A stretch of 63,488 nucleotides of DNA from Dimorphilus gyrociliatus. Taxonomy: Eukaryota > Animalia > Annelida. The translations under genes and the position numbers were made by a program. Below, piece after piece: positions 1 through 13,525 of the stretch. The stretch lies in NCBI GenBank assembly GCA_904063045.1, contig CAJFCJ010000062.1, positions 1 through 63,488 of the forward strand, read 5' to 3'. The notes below the pieces were generated by a model. The model did not search any database. It saw only the letters and a list, made by a program, of their open reading frames with translations, and was not told where the DNA came from. Numbering within the stretch: the first letter of the stretch is position 1; every line of letters begins with the position of its first letter.

Positions 1-1360
1 ATATATATATATATATAGTTTATCTATATTTAGTACACGGCATATAAAATATTGCAATTTGTATACTACAGTATATTAAATTGTATCAGATATTTCTCTT
101 CTTCTATACTCAAAAAGACTATTTAACTCTTTAACAAAAAAGAAAAGATACGAAAGCAAAGAGGTTTTCTTTTCTTCTGAATGGATGCGAAATAATTTCC
201 AAACAAAAAATATCTCCGAAAACAATTGCCTCTACGCAAATTAGGCCTAAATTGTTAATAACTGAAACGTGATAGGCAACAGTAACGTAGGTTAACAAGT
301 GACTGTTGTGTTTTGTTACACTTGGCTTGAATCATTCGTCTAATAATCGATAACTTACAGATTTTAAGAGATACAAAACTTACAATTAAAGACGAATTAA
401 TTTCTTCCGTCGTTTCCATAATATGAACATTTCCGTTGTAAATAGAACTGAAATGTCAGCAGTTTTAAGGAACCGATCAATTAAGCAGAATATGTATTTT
501 AAAATGGGATTTAAAGGCATTTAAAGATCAGGCCTATTTATTTAACTACAACACCAGATTATTAGTTACATTTTCCTCTACTTTATTATGTTTATTGTAC
601 GAATAGTTTGTCTGTGTTTGTTTAGGAGAAACATATAAGAGGGGAAGAAGATATCCTCTTTCCTCCTACTCTGTCTTTCTGTCTCTTTTTCTTTCTCTTT
701 CTTGGCCTTTCTTTCCCTTTCTCCACTTGTCTATTTAGATATATATATATATATATATATCTATATGTATGGAATGAGATATGTATTTATACATGTGTAC
801 CTATATATATTATAGAGATTTATATAGATCTCTTCCTCTTCCTTCTCCTCTCTTTTCATTTCAAATTCTACTCTTATTATGTAAAAATTGTAATGCAATT
901 ATAAGAAAAACGCCCTGATTGTCGAATTGAAACGAAAGAGAATAAGTATAATTTATCTATCGACCTATTTCTTTCATTAAAATTTTCCACTATTACTTCC
1001 ACTATTAGTTTGCCTCATTTCTTTTCGCTCAACACGCTTTCCTGCTTCTTGTTGTTGTTGTCCTTATTAGAATTGACCCCATTTTATTTTATTTATTCTT
1101 TAATCATTAAAATATCAAGCCAACAAGAAAATCCCAAGTAAAAAAAATATTTTTTTACACGGGGCGCTGATTTAATAGTTGACGAAGCACGCGTGTTATG
1201 TACTAATTATGACCTAATTTACCTTCCCATTTCCCAAAATGTTAGAAGAATAGGGCAAGAAAGACAGAAGACTGAATTTTAGAGATATACTGAAGGCTAC
1301 GATACAGAAAGAGAGGGGGGCAAGGCGGAGAAGGGCGGAGAGAGAAAGAAAGCCATAGAG

Positions 1361-1370
<10 letters not shown>

Positions 1371-1412
<42 letters not shown>
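1371..1412. repeat. (AG)21 microsatellite; representative of many (AG)n/(CT)n tracts in the window
   Basis: Read directly. Similar tracts near 2275, 4490, 8905, 19020, 20410, 43185. Confidence 0.97.
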
Positions 1413-1417
<5 letters not shown>

Positions 1418-2203
1418 GTGAAACAGAGAGCAAGAGACGAAATGAGTATGATAATGGAAAAAGGGGAAAGGAAGTGGAACGAGATAAATCTAGTCACCTA
1501 TTCGTTATCATGAAATTAGCTCTTTATTTGTAACAATTAGCATTTTTTTTCCATGACCAATTGATGGATAAGATGATCATTCATCAAGAGTTTAGACTTT
1601 TAGGAAGAAAAAAAATCAACGATAATAAACGTCGTATTATCCATATCCGTAATTAAATTGATTTTTTTTGTGGGTTAATTGTTTACTGTCCCCTTTTAAG
1701 GACTTGAATTATCAAACTAACATGAAAATCACATTGGAAAAAAATTAGGTAAAAGGTAAAAGTACAAAAATCGAAAAGAAAATGGTAGAGTAAAAACGTA
1801 GCGAAACAAAAAATTGTAGCTTTTACAACAAGTATGTAATTTCTTACGAATGTTCCCTTTTTTCGTTTAATTGAAGGGAAAATTATCAAATTGTCTACGT
1901 TTCTATCAGCTTCAAATTAAGCCTATTCCATTACTTATTAGCAATAAAATCAACTTTGATTTCTAACTAAACTGTAATTATAGATAATAGAGAAAGACAG
2001 AAAATGCTAAAAAATCATTTCGATCTGTGAAAATGTTGTTAAGATTTAATGAAACGAGAAAGTGAACGTAAATGTATATTGTGTATCTAGTAGGCCTATG
2101 TTTATTCTCGTATATTTACTTCAGTATACGATAGGTGTGAAATAAGTGTAAGCAAGGAGTCGAGAAAAAGCGACAGGAAGACGGAGAGAAAGATCTATTG
2201 AGG

Positions 2204-2237
<34 letters not shown>

Positions 2238-3838
2238 GGGGAAAGAGAGGGAGGAAGACAGGGAAGGAGGTAGGAGAGAGAGAGAGAGAGAGAGAAAGAG
2301 ACAGACAGACAGACTGAAACAACAGCATTATTATCTTTTTAATATAGAAAAAAAACAAATTCTTGACATATTTTTCATAAATAATTTAAAAAACCCGACA
2401 AAAACAACAAAATCAAGAAAGTTCCTTTTCTTTTCTTTTATCATACTTTCCTTCTCATTTTCTTTCTTTTACTTTTTTCTCCTTCCTTCCTCCTTGCCTC
2501 CTTTGTCCATTCCCTTCTCTCTCTGTCTCTCTCTAATATTAATTTAACTACATTTACTAGATCGGGACTATCGAACGTTTCACCACTTTCCCTTTTTCAA
2601 TTTGATTGAAAAAAACAAAAAACTAAAATCAATCGTATTTTTTTCCTGGTCGAAGCGAGCAGGAATAAAAGGGGAAAGAAAATTAACAAGCTTTAGGCCT
2701 AATTATTAGAGAATAGATAAAAAAAGAGAGAAAAGAAAATCACCTATTTGCGGATAGATAATGAAAAGAGATTATGAAAAGGGAAATAAGGATTTTTCCC
2801 TATTAATTTTTTTAAGCAAAAAAAGTGTTGAACGTTAGAATGTCGTTCGATAATTTACAGTATTTTTTCTTTTTCTTTTAGATTTTCAAGTGTTCAATTT
2901 TCAATTAAAAATCAATTAGGCTAGATTTATTGTCAGCTTTATTACCAGACTATGTATTTTCTGTCATTTAAAACAGCTCCAAAAACGCTATAGGATGATT
3001 AGTCACACAAACTTCAATTTTTTGCCTATTATTTAATATTCATTGGCTTTTGTTTAAAAACTATTACCTGCTTGTTTAGAACAACAGAAAAATTAAGTGG
3101 AAAAGTAGAATATATAGCAAAAATATAAATATTAATACATTTCCGTGACCCAATTTAATTATAGAAAACCAGCCCTAGAAAACCTTCGATTAATCTAATA
3201 GCTGACGCAATAGAAACGAGTAGTGAGAATGTCAAGTTGAGCGCAAACATTTTGCAAAGAATGTACTTTTTACTGTCTAGAGTATATTCCATAAATGTTT
3301 ATTATTAGCAGCGACGATTGTTTGTTGGTTTCAGTTCAAAGTTGCTGGTAATTACTGGCGTTTCTATAATGTTCAGTTTTTACCGTATAAGTCAATATGT
3401 ATTGAACGTATTTCTCTGCCAAATCGATAGCAATACGATCGCATAGAGAGAAAACAAAGGATTTGGATTACATTCTGAATTCTTTTAGGCAAAAAAAAAC
3501 TCTTTTATTCCATTCAGAAAAAAAAATTCTACTATACTTTCCTTTCTATTGTTTTGTTTTTGTCTCACATGATTTTGAAGGGAAAAGAAAGCTCTTTATC
3601 TTTTCTTTAGCTATCTCTCTCTTTCTCTCTTTGCTTGCCATTTTTCGCCGTTTGCTATTCTACTTAAATATTTACATTATAGTCTTTTCCGCTTCTCTCC
3701 TCCTCCTCCTCCTCCTCAATTCACCGACACTGATTTCATGTAGTCATTAAGCAATTCATCATAAGTAGTTGACATTGCGTGACCGACAGGCATTTCGTGA
3801 CAAAACAACGAATGTCTTTAATAAATCATTTTCCCCAG

Positions 3839-6800
3839 GTGGGATTTAGGAGACGCCTTTTGCGACGCGTGGACATCGCTGGACGTCCTATTATGCACAG
3901 CCAGTATTATGAATCTGTGCGCTATCAGTATTGATAGGTGAGTAAAGCATCGGTAAATTCAATTAGTAGCCCTATTTTAAAGTTTTGCTGTAATTAAGTT
4001 GAAAAAAACTCGATTCTCTTTTCAACATTTCACCGTAAACACAGATATCTCGTCATAACCCGTCCTTTTGATTACGCATTGAAGAGAACACCTTCAAGAA
4101 TGGGTTTAATGATCTTGATTGCTTGGGTGGCATCCGCCGCTATCAGTATTCCTCCAGTTTTCGGTTGGAAACCTACTCGATCGGATGGAGTATGTATCAT
4201 ATCTCAAGACATCGGATATCAATTCTACGCCACTATATTCGCTTTTTACTTGCCATTAGGAGTAATGATTTTTATTTATGGAAAAATTTACAAGGTAACA
4301 TTTTTATATAGTCGTTTTCTTTCCTTCCCTTTTTTTTATTTCTAATTAAGCTACTTATTTATTTATTTCTTCTATTTCTTCCTTTTAAATTTTTTACTAC
4401 TTAAAAAGAGGGTTTTTATTCTCTTTTCTCACGGTATATACGTAATATTGCTCTATTTAATCTAATCGAAATTCCTAAAAATCTCCTTTCTCTCTCTCTC
4501 TCTCTCTCTCTGCTCTCTGTTCTTCTCTCCAGCTCCACCTTCCCATCCTTCTTCTTAGAATAAAGAAGTTTATATACGTTGTATATAAATAATAAAAAGA
4601 GAAGAATGAGCCTTAAGCCTGCCTGAATCGCAAATTAATTAGACTTCAGAAAAAAATCATTTCAAATTGATCTTTAAAACTTCAAAAGCTATTGATTGTC
4701 TATAAAGGACAAGGTTGAACAAGGTCAAATGTCCTTTTTTAAAAATTACTACTTTCTCTTCTCCGTCTTGTCGAATCATCAGCTAGTTGAGTTAGGAAGA
4801 AAAAGCTTTTACTTACTTAAAAATATGTCACATCTCGGTAAATAGCTAGCAATTTTTACCGTTTTTCTATCATCAAGAAGATGAGCCTATCGAAAAGTGC
4901 ACATGACACAACCAGATATGCCAAAGGCGTTTTGGCCTCATTAACTTTTCAACAGTATTACTATATGCCTACGACTACTGTCGTTCCCCAGCAAATTTTC
5001 TATATGTATAATAATTCCTTTTCCGGCTATTGATATAAACTACAAGTGACATAATTGATTAACGAAATTGAAAACCTACGAAACAGCCCATAACACTAAG
5101 AGGAAAAGGAGATTGCTCTTTGACCCCTTTCTTTTTTGCTGTAGAGAAACCTCAAAAAGATTTTTTTTCTCATTTGCCTTAAAAAAAAAAAGAGGAACAC
5201 TGCAAGGCCCCTGATATTCCCCCTCCCCCCTTTGCGGTTGTTTCTTGATAAATTACTCGTATTATTTCATTAGAAACTTTGAAACTCCATTAGAATGGAA
5301 GACAGTCATAAATATGTGGAAATATAAAAGTGTTTATATATATATATATATATATTCTGTATGTTCTATATATTTCAAATATTCGGTATATAGACACACA
5401 ACCTACACCCGTTTACCTACAAGTTCTGTTTGATTGTATATTTGACCGCAGGGCCAATACGAAAATATTGAAATCATTACAAATAATAAGATATTCAATT
5501 GTCCAAAAATTGATCAAAAATAGTAAAATATCAGGCGAAAACAGTAAAAAACAATACAGTAAATAGAATCTCGACGTATAAATAAAGAAAAACTAGAAGG
5601 AAAGGAGAAAAAGAGAAAATATAATTCCTATAAACGCCAGCGTCGTTACCCCAAAAGACCAACTCTTTTCATATCAGACGACAAACACGCCCTTACAAAA
5701 AATCGTATAATCCTTTTCCCTTCAATCGGGCGTCGCAGATTACGGCTAATAGACGCCCATAAATTCGGATAATCTAACGGACATTTCCGTATAATGAAAG
5801 AGTAAATATTAATTAGGAATAAAACGCACTTAAGCCGTTTATATAGCCCATGTTTTTATGCGTTTAAGCGTGCAACTAAGTATGGGAGTTGGCGTTTTAT
5901 CTAACTATAGGCTCAATGAAATATAGCTCACATATCCTCCACGCATACTTTAACCAGCCTAAATTTATTCTTTTTAGAGTGTAGATTAAAATTTAGCCTA
6001 TAATGAAATTAACTGTTCAATCAATTGGATTGACGGAAAGGTATTGGAATGTGACATAGAAAAAATAGTCTGTTTGGTATTTCTGTAATTTATCCAAAGA
6101 TTGATTAATTAGTTTGTTAATAACAAAGTTATAAATTAATTAATCTAATATCCTTGTCATCTTGGCTTTATGTCATTTTTCGTCTTTTTTTATTAGTTTT
6201 TTTGGTAGGAGCTGTTTAGCCTATTAAAAGAAAATATCTTTTAAAAGAATAAATGACTATGGATAATAGCAATAATAATAATAATAATAATAATAATAAT
6301 CATTATTCATCATTATTCTTATCATCGTCCTCATCAGCAGCAGCAGCATCGTTCTATCCCTTTTTCTCTAATATAATCATCCTCTTTTTCATTCTTTAAG
6401 TATTAAAACTGATATTTTCTGCCTCATTTCATTTCAATTCCCTTCTATTCTGCCTCTCTCTCTCTCTCTCTGCCTCTGTTTCTGTCTTTGTCTACATTTC
6501 CAGCCGCCTGTCTCTGTCTCTGTCTCTGTCTCTCTATCTTTAGAATCATCTCTCTATCCATCCATCCATCTACCTATCTATCTATAGTGCCAAATTTTCT
6601 CTTTGCAATATTCGGCTATTAACTAATTTATTTATTTGTGTCCTCTTTTGTGGGAAACGAATGCGACGAATTATAGCAATAAAGATTAGAATAAGACTGT
6701 TTATTTTGCATTTTGAATCATTAAGGAATGCTGTTTTAAAGGTAATCTTTAAAAAATGCGGTCGCAGATCTACGTGTATTTTCTGTTCCGCAACCAATAG

Positions 6801-7872
6801 CAACGGAGAAAAAAATAAATTCTACTATTATCAACCTATAAGATAGTAATTGCGTAATTTTAATTAGGAAACGATCCTTCAGGCTTCCTAACAAAGCAAG
6901 GGGATGGAGAGAAGAATTCTTTAATGATGCTTGAGGTTGACTTGTTTAGTATAGGAATAGGAGAGTAAGAAGACGATTAGAGTCGTCTTCTTACCTTTTA
7001 AACATACTAGGGATCTAAATATATTCATTGCACCTTTGCTTGCAAGTAAAACGATATCATTAGACGCATATACTATTCGTATTGAATGTTTAGGCGTTGG
7101 TAGATTAGGCCTAGCAGTTCAGCTTTTCTAACCGTAGATATTGGAAGAGAGGGAGGGATGGAGAGAATAAACTTTAAGTTAATTTCTACTCTTTTTCTTT
7201 TCACTATTCATCTTAAGGGAAGAGGTGAAGAAGGGTTGTAGTGGCGGTGGTAGAAGAAATCAGGATAAATGAATTTCGACAAGATAATGAAAAAAATAGG
7301 ATAACTTAATAATTTTTGTTTTTTTCTCTCCTTTTTCCACATTATAGGTTAGCCACGATATCAAAATTAAAGAGGCACGATCTCAACCTCGGTGCAGTAT
7401 GATTAGCGCCTCAGCGAGCACAGCTTTCTCAGACGATAGGAGAAGGTCTTCTGACCAGGCTAAGAACAACGATCGCTCTTCCGGCGACTCTTCAGCCCAC
7501 ATGTTATCGAAACCTCGTAAATCATTAACTAGTGCGGGAGCGGCGATTTCTGGTTTATTAAAGAAAAAGCATAAAGAATCCTCAAGCCGAGAAGGCAAAG
7601 CAATTATCACATTGGGTGTCATCATGGGAGCTTTTACCGCATGTTGGCTTCCATTTTTCATTTTGGCCCTCATTCAGCCACTATGCAACCAATGCATACC
7701 ATCTAGGGTTATGACTTTTTTCCAGTGGTTAGGATATATCAACTCCTTCCTAAATCCGTTCATCTACGCCAGATTTAATACAGAGTTTCGACGACCTTTC
7801 AAGGAGATACTGCTCTTTCGTTGCCGGGGTATTAATAAAAGGTTACGATCCTATTCGGGTCAATACGATTGA
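3839..7872 (+). CDS. HTR7: 5-HT7-like serotonin receptor (class A aminergic GPCR), 5'-partial; exons 3839-3937, 4045-4294, 7348-7872
   Basis: Spliced translation gives [33 protein letters not shown]|[16 protein letters not shown] (TM3 Asp, DRY split by a GT-AG intron), [20 protein letters not shown] (TM5), [21 protein letters not shown] (TM6) and [14 protein letters not shown] (TM7). Splice phases agree. The TM1-2 exon(s) were not found in 1-3838 and presumably lie upstream of the window. Subtype assigned from recalled similarity to invertebrate 5-HT7. Confidence 0.85.
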
Positions 7873-8894
7873 TCCGTCTTTTACAAAAGGCACCTCTCTC
7901 TTTGTACAAAAAAAGAATTCGCTCATTTGTTTGTTTTGTTTACAGAGATTTTTATTTTTGGGGCAGTTTATACTGTATTATAAACATGACGTTCGATAGT
8001 TTGCTCATAAAATTTTTAAGATATACAGTATGTATATATGTATTTGTATATTTGTATGAGTAGGAGTGTATATGTACAGAACATATATATATGTATATAT
8101 ATACATAAATTTATATATATATATATTTGTATATATATACTAATATGTATGTATGTATGTTTGTATGCCTGTGTGCGAGTGTATGTATGTATTAAGTATG
8201 TATAGACGTGCGTTTGTACAATGTATATGTATATGTATACATATATCCCGTAGCGCTTTTCTTTACACTGGTCGAAAGAATACTCGATTGTTTGTTTTTT
8301 TTTCTTGGTTTGTTTGTCAATAAAAATTTTGTTGTGCACTGAAAAAAAGAAAAAAAAGAAAACTATCATCAACATGAAAATATGATAGTTGAAATAAAAG
8401 TTAATATTAGAAAAGAGAAGAAAGAGGAGAATAAGAGTGAAGAGAGGGAGAAGAAGGAGAAGAAGATTAAAAACAATAATGATAATTGAAGGTTTTAGTA
8501 AAAAAATTAATAAAAAGAGCATCTATAAAAGACAAGGAAAAAGATAAAGTTCATAGGATTTAAACGTTGGAAGAAAATCCGTTTCAAAGAAGGGAGAAAG
8601 AGAAAAAATTTTTTAGTATTGCATTTCTCTAAGGATTAATAAAGAGTAGTAAAAAGGAAAATGATCTATATTTAAATACAGTAGTATCAAATTCACAGAC
8701 AATAGAATTACTTTATTAAAAAATATCCATTCCGTCAAAAAACTTGAATATCATCTTTTATAAGAATACAAATTTGCTTTTTTAATTACTTTGAAGAAAT
8801 GATGATAAATTAAAAAATTAAGCTTAAATCTTTTATTCCATTTCCTGCATTACTCTCTTTTTCTCTCTGTCTCTTTCTGTCTCCTCTCCCCCGT

Positions 8895-8938
<44 letters not shown>

Positions 8939-9283
8939 ACTCTCTCTTAATCTCGTGTCTGGTTCTTTATCTCATATATCTGCTTTTGTTATGTTACTTT
9001 TTTAACAGAAATTGAAGATGAAAAAAGCCAATGTTCTTCTTTATATTTTTATTAGAAATTAAACTTTCTTCTTTTTTCCGCCGCTTTCTTATTTTTCTCA
9101 CGAAGATTATCAATCACAATTTGTGTCAAGAACTGGATAGCAATTTTCTATCTCTCGAAAATATACAATTTAACTAGAACCTCTCCATTTCTGTACTTTA
9201 CTGGTTACTTCTGATTCTTTGTCGTATTTGTCTAATCTTGTATTTTATTCAATTTTTCTTTTTGAGTTCCCTCCCCCCCTCCT

Positions 9284-9334
<51 letters not shown>

Positions 9335-12300
9335 TTATAAATATATAGTTTCTCAACTCTCCGTATGAACAATCACCTCCCACATACCTCCCCCTAGCTC
9401 CTTCCATTACACCTCTACCCTGTTTTCCTTTTCTCAACGTCCTTCTTCCTGTCTGCCAATCTATCCGCCCCCTACCTCTCCTCCATTTCTTTTTTCTTCT
9501 ATTCTCTTCTCTCTATCAATCCCCTCGATTGAGGTGGATAATCGATATGTTTTTAATAATAATATAAGGATATGCCTTCTTTAGTATAAATAAGCCTATT
9601 GTATTTAATTATTATAATCCGATTGAATTCCTTTTTTGGTGAGTTTACATAAACAACACTAGTCGGACATGGGCACGCTAAAAGAAAAGATTTTTGACAG
9701 ATGGCGCTAAAGTAGTCGATTTTAATGATGAGCTTTTCTTTTGATCAGAGTGCATACTGATTTAGTCATGCTGAAACGGCTTCGCGCTTAAAACGCCCTA
9801 TCCTCATTAACAAATATCATAAGGATTTAAGAGAAAAGCGGAGGTGAACGTGCTATTTAAGTTCATTTATTCTGCAATACTTTGGTTAGGTGAAGAGAAT
9901 GAAAAATATCTTTCAGAGTGCCGGTACACTGTAAAAAGAGACTTTTGTTTCCTTCCAATAACTCCTTTTTTCGACTCGTTTGATTAGTAGCGTCCTCTAT
10001 TAATAAAGACTAGTTATAGATAGACTAATCCAACAGAGAAACATGAAAGAAAATTATGAAAATTTGATAAATTACGAAGCTAATAAAAACAATAGATGAA
10101 CGTAATTCTTAAACGATTAAACGATGATAAGAAGAATAAAATTCTTTTGTTCCACCTGCGTAATTTTACCTTTTTCTGTAAACAGTTTAATTATTATCTG
10201 TTATACGGAAACTCCTTAATTATATGGATTTAGCCAATCCTTTTAAATCCTAATAGGCGACATTTACCCGCTGCGACTCTACCTCATTTTGTATAATATT
10301 GTATTCTTTCATTTAGCAAATCGGTTAAATCAAGGAATATTATCAAAAGATAATTATTCATTTTACCTTTCTTTTCGACGCCTAATCATTAAAAACCACA
10401 AATAGTCCTAATATCATTTTTTTTTCTTGTATTAATTAGCAATAAAAAGATACTGTCATAGCTTTAATTCTTCTTACAACCCATTTTGTCTCTTTTATAT
10501 GTATCTCTCTCTATATTCTCTCTTCCCTCCCCCTCTCTCTGTCTCCTATTTCGAAAAAGAGAAATACGAGATTTACAGGGAGGCGTACACAGACGCAAAA
10601 GACGACGAGACAGTAAAAATAGAAGAAAAAAGAATTGAAGAGAAAGGCAAAAGAGGGTCGTTGCTCAAACAGACCAAAGGAGTAGCTAAAAAAAATAACA
10701 TTTCTTCTATATTGAGAAAAGTGCAAGAGAGAATGACAGTAGTAGAAAGAGAGGAAGGGAAAGAGGTGGGGGAGGGGTTGGGGATACAGAGAGACAGAGA
10801 TGGTCTGAAGAAAATACCAGAAAGGATAAAAGGACTTCAAGTACAGCAAAATTGAAAAATGCAAGTCTATTCATTTTGCAGTCTGAAAGAGGAGAAGAGC
10901 TAGATCACTTGTTCTTCAAATGTCATGTGATATTATAATAACAGATTGTAAAAAATAAGTACTTATTTTTCGTATGTTGCTAGTTAACGATAAATAGTGA
11001 GAGCATTCGCTTGCAAATTAGCTGACTTTTTTATTCTCTGTGTAACCTTAACTTATTTATTTGAAATAAATTATAGATAAAGCCACTTTTCTACTCCTTT
11101 GCCAATTTATCATTCATCAGGTAGTCAAGAGATGGCGCTAAAATTTGCATACTCTCTCGCTGTGTGTCAACGTATCCATCTAGCGATTGCTTTTAAAACA
11201 AACTTTGATTAAAGAGATTAACACTAAAGCTAAGAAAGTTTATTTATATAATGAGACAATTCTTAACAAGACTTTTCTCCCACACTCTTTTCTCTCAACC
11301 AATCCCGCCCACTTAATCACCACACCTCCTTCCCTATTTCCCCAAATATGCTCACTTAAATAAAATTCTGAATAAGCAAAATTCCTAAGATCAATCTCTT
11401 TGCCACAAAATTGTGTCTGATTCATTTATTTATGAATATATATACATATTTCAAGAAGAAAGAAGAAGAGGTGTAGGAGGAGGAGGAGGAGGAGGAGGAG
11501 GAGGAGAAAGAAGGTGAGGATAATGGTGCTGATGGTGATGATGAAAGAAAGAAAAAGATAATTTGATTTGGTTTTTTTTTCAAATGAAGCGATTTAAACA
11601 AATGATAATAAAGATAACGAAATCTTTTTCCTCTTTGATATTTCTCACCTGTTGGAGTGAATTCTTTCCTTTTATTATCATTTTCATTGTAAGAAGGGAA
11701 GGGATAAATTCCTATCTTGAATCTTGACATTCAATCGAAGGAGACAAGAGATTCAATACCTCTTTTTTAGTGGGAAATGGCTGCTTTTTGTGGTTGTGAC
11801 ATTTGTTACATTTTCTGTTCTTTTCTTTTGTCTCTTCAAAAACTCTAAACTATGTTATTATCTAAGAAAGGTGAAGGATGAGTACGTTCTTATAACGGTA
11901 GTTATCAGAACTTTTTTCAAACCTAAGAGTTTTAGGTCAGAGGTTAAAAGAAAAAAAAGTAAATATCTCGAGAGAGAGAGAGAGAATGAAGTAGGATAGA
12001 ATAGGTTTGAGAAAGAAAGCTAGTAAAAAAGGAGGAAATAAGGAAACAATATAGGCGAATAATTGTTGAGGAGAGTTGATTTCTAGGGTTTGATATATAT
12101 TGTCTTGCAGGTGGAAGTTTCTTCGAAAAAGCTAATATGTATACTCTACCATTGACCTATAAACTTAGATATACAATCTCTAAACAATACTTTCCGATGA
12201 TTGTCAGAAAAGGGATAATTAACATTTTCAAAAGAGTAGAAGATGTCGTTGATTGAAAGGCAATCGATCCATACTTAAATAGTCTACCGATATTATATAA

Positions 12301-13189
12301 GTTAGTTTATAGTGCTCTTCTAATCCGTCAAATTTGGGCTAATAATTAAAAATAACAAAAGGAAAAGAAAGTAGAATTTTTCTTGAAAATATTGCCATTT
12401 CCATCTGTGCAAAGTGAAAGGAGAAGAACAGAAGGAAAAGAAAAGACGAGAGAGAAGAGAAATTATGATTACAAACTAGAAGAATAACTGTATTTTTGAT
12501 TTTTTTTTCTCTGAGAAAAACCAAAGCAGGTAAACTAAAGTGCAATTAAGGAGGAAAATACTTAAGTATGAATGCTGCCAATAAAGTAGACAGACGATGG
12601 TTGTAAAAGGCTAAAGCGTATATTTAGTGTGCATATACTGTACATAGCGTAAGGGGAGAGAAGAGAAGGCGAATTAGGGTTTTGTGAATACGAGAAAGGA
12701 GGAAAAAGTGGAAAATGAAGGTATTTGTTAGAATAATAAGATAACATTTATAAAATGAAAAAAAAATGCATGTGTCAGAAAGAGAAGAAAATGAAAGTGT
12801 GCACTTTTAAATTGGACGGATAAATCGGTGACTGACTGACTGACTATGTGGCTCCCTAACTGAGTAGGTGAGTGGGTGGATGTATTAAGAAGATACTGGC
12901 ACTATCAAGAAGTTCAAAATACTTTAATTCGTGTATTTCTATTCGTTTTACAGAGATATTTTTTGCTTTTGCTTTGTTTTGTTGATGTAGAAGTTTTTTT
13001 TCTTTCTTTTGTTATTGTTGTTGTTGGTTAAATAAAATAAATAAGCGCAATTTAAACGTTGAATTATATCCTTTTAAAGAATTTAATACATTTACACCAA
13101 AGGTTCTGAATTAGTGAAAGAGATGAACATCTTTTCTCTTTCGTTTTCTCATTCTTTACAACACAAAAATCAGTGTTCGGAAAAAAAAC

Positions 13190-13525
13190 CTAACAATACT
13201 GTGCCATTTCGTTCAAGGAGCATTTGTTGACGCAACATTCACAAACTATACCTTGATTTCCGGCAGTCTGCCTCTTATTTAACATAGCTAGAGCCCTCTT
13301 CTTGGGATGAAAAACCTTTTCGGAACGTTCCACTGATCTCTTCTTCCTGCCGACCATCCTACAAACCGTTTGCAACATTGTTTTTAAATTGTCGCCACAG
13401 ATATAGTTTTGATTGGTAAGCTTTTGATGAAATGTACACGAGTGCTCGTAGCCGGCGTCTATATAAAAAGGCAATAGAAGAAGGAGCGCGGTTGTCAGTA
13501 CTAGAGCCTGTTGTTTCGTTTTCAT
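13190..13525 (-). CDS. Insulin-related peptide precursor (molluscan/annelid 8-Cys type), 111 aa, uninterrupted CDS
   Basis: Signal peptide, B chain GYEHSC...ICGDNLKTMLQTVC, dibasic sites RKKR/KKR/KR, A chain GIVCECCVNKCSLNEMAQYC. A 3' splice acceptor (ttttttttacag) lies 20 nt upstream of the ATG. Confidence 0.93.
   Translation of the reverse strand: MKTKQQALVLTTALLLLLPFYIDAGYEHSCTFHQKLTNQNYICGDNLKTMLQTVCRMVGRKKRSVERSEKVFHPKKRALAMLNKRQTAGNQGIVCECCVNKCSLNEMAQYC

Noticed and set aside
1-3838. Missing TM1-TM2 exon of the 5-HT7 receptor
   Set aside because: No GN.LV or LA..D coding segment found in any frame I examined; short ORFs here are microsatellite-derived. The exon is presumably upstream of the window.
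9725-9774. C/D-box snoRNA-like pattern ATGATGA...CTGA
   Set aside because: Only about 50 nt from C to D box, intergenic rather than intronic, weak terminal stem, and no recognisable rRNA guide.
10499-10864. Overlapping 118-aa (+) Lys/Glu-rich and 117-aa (-) Phe/Leu-rich ORFs
   Set aside because: Products of a purine-rich/pyrimidine-rich strand-asymmetric tract; no domain motif and no convincing splice partners.
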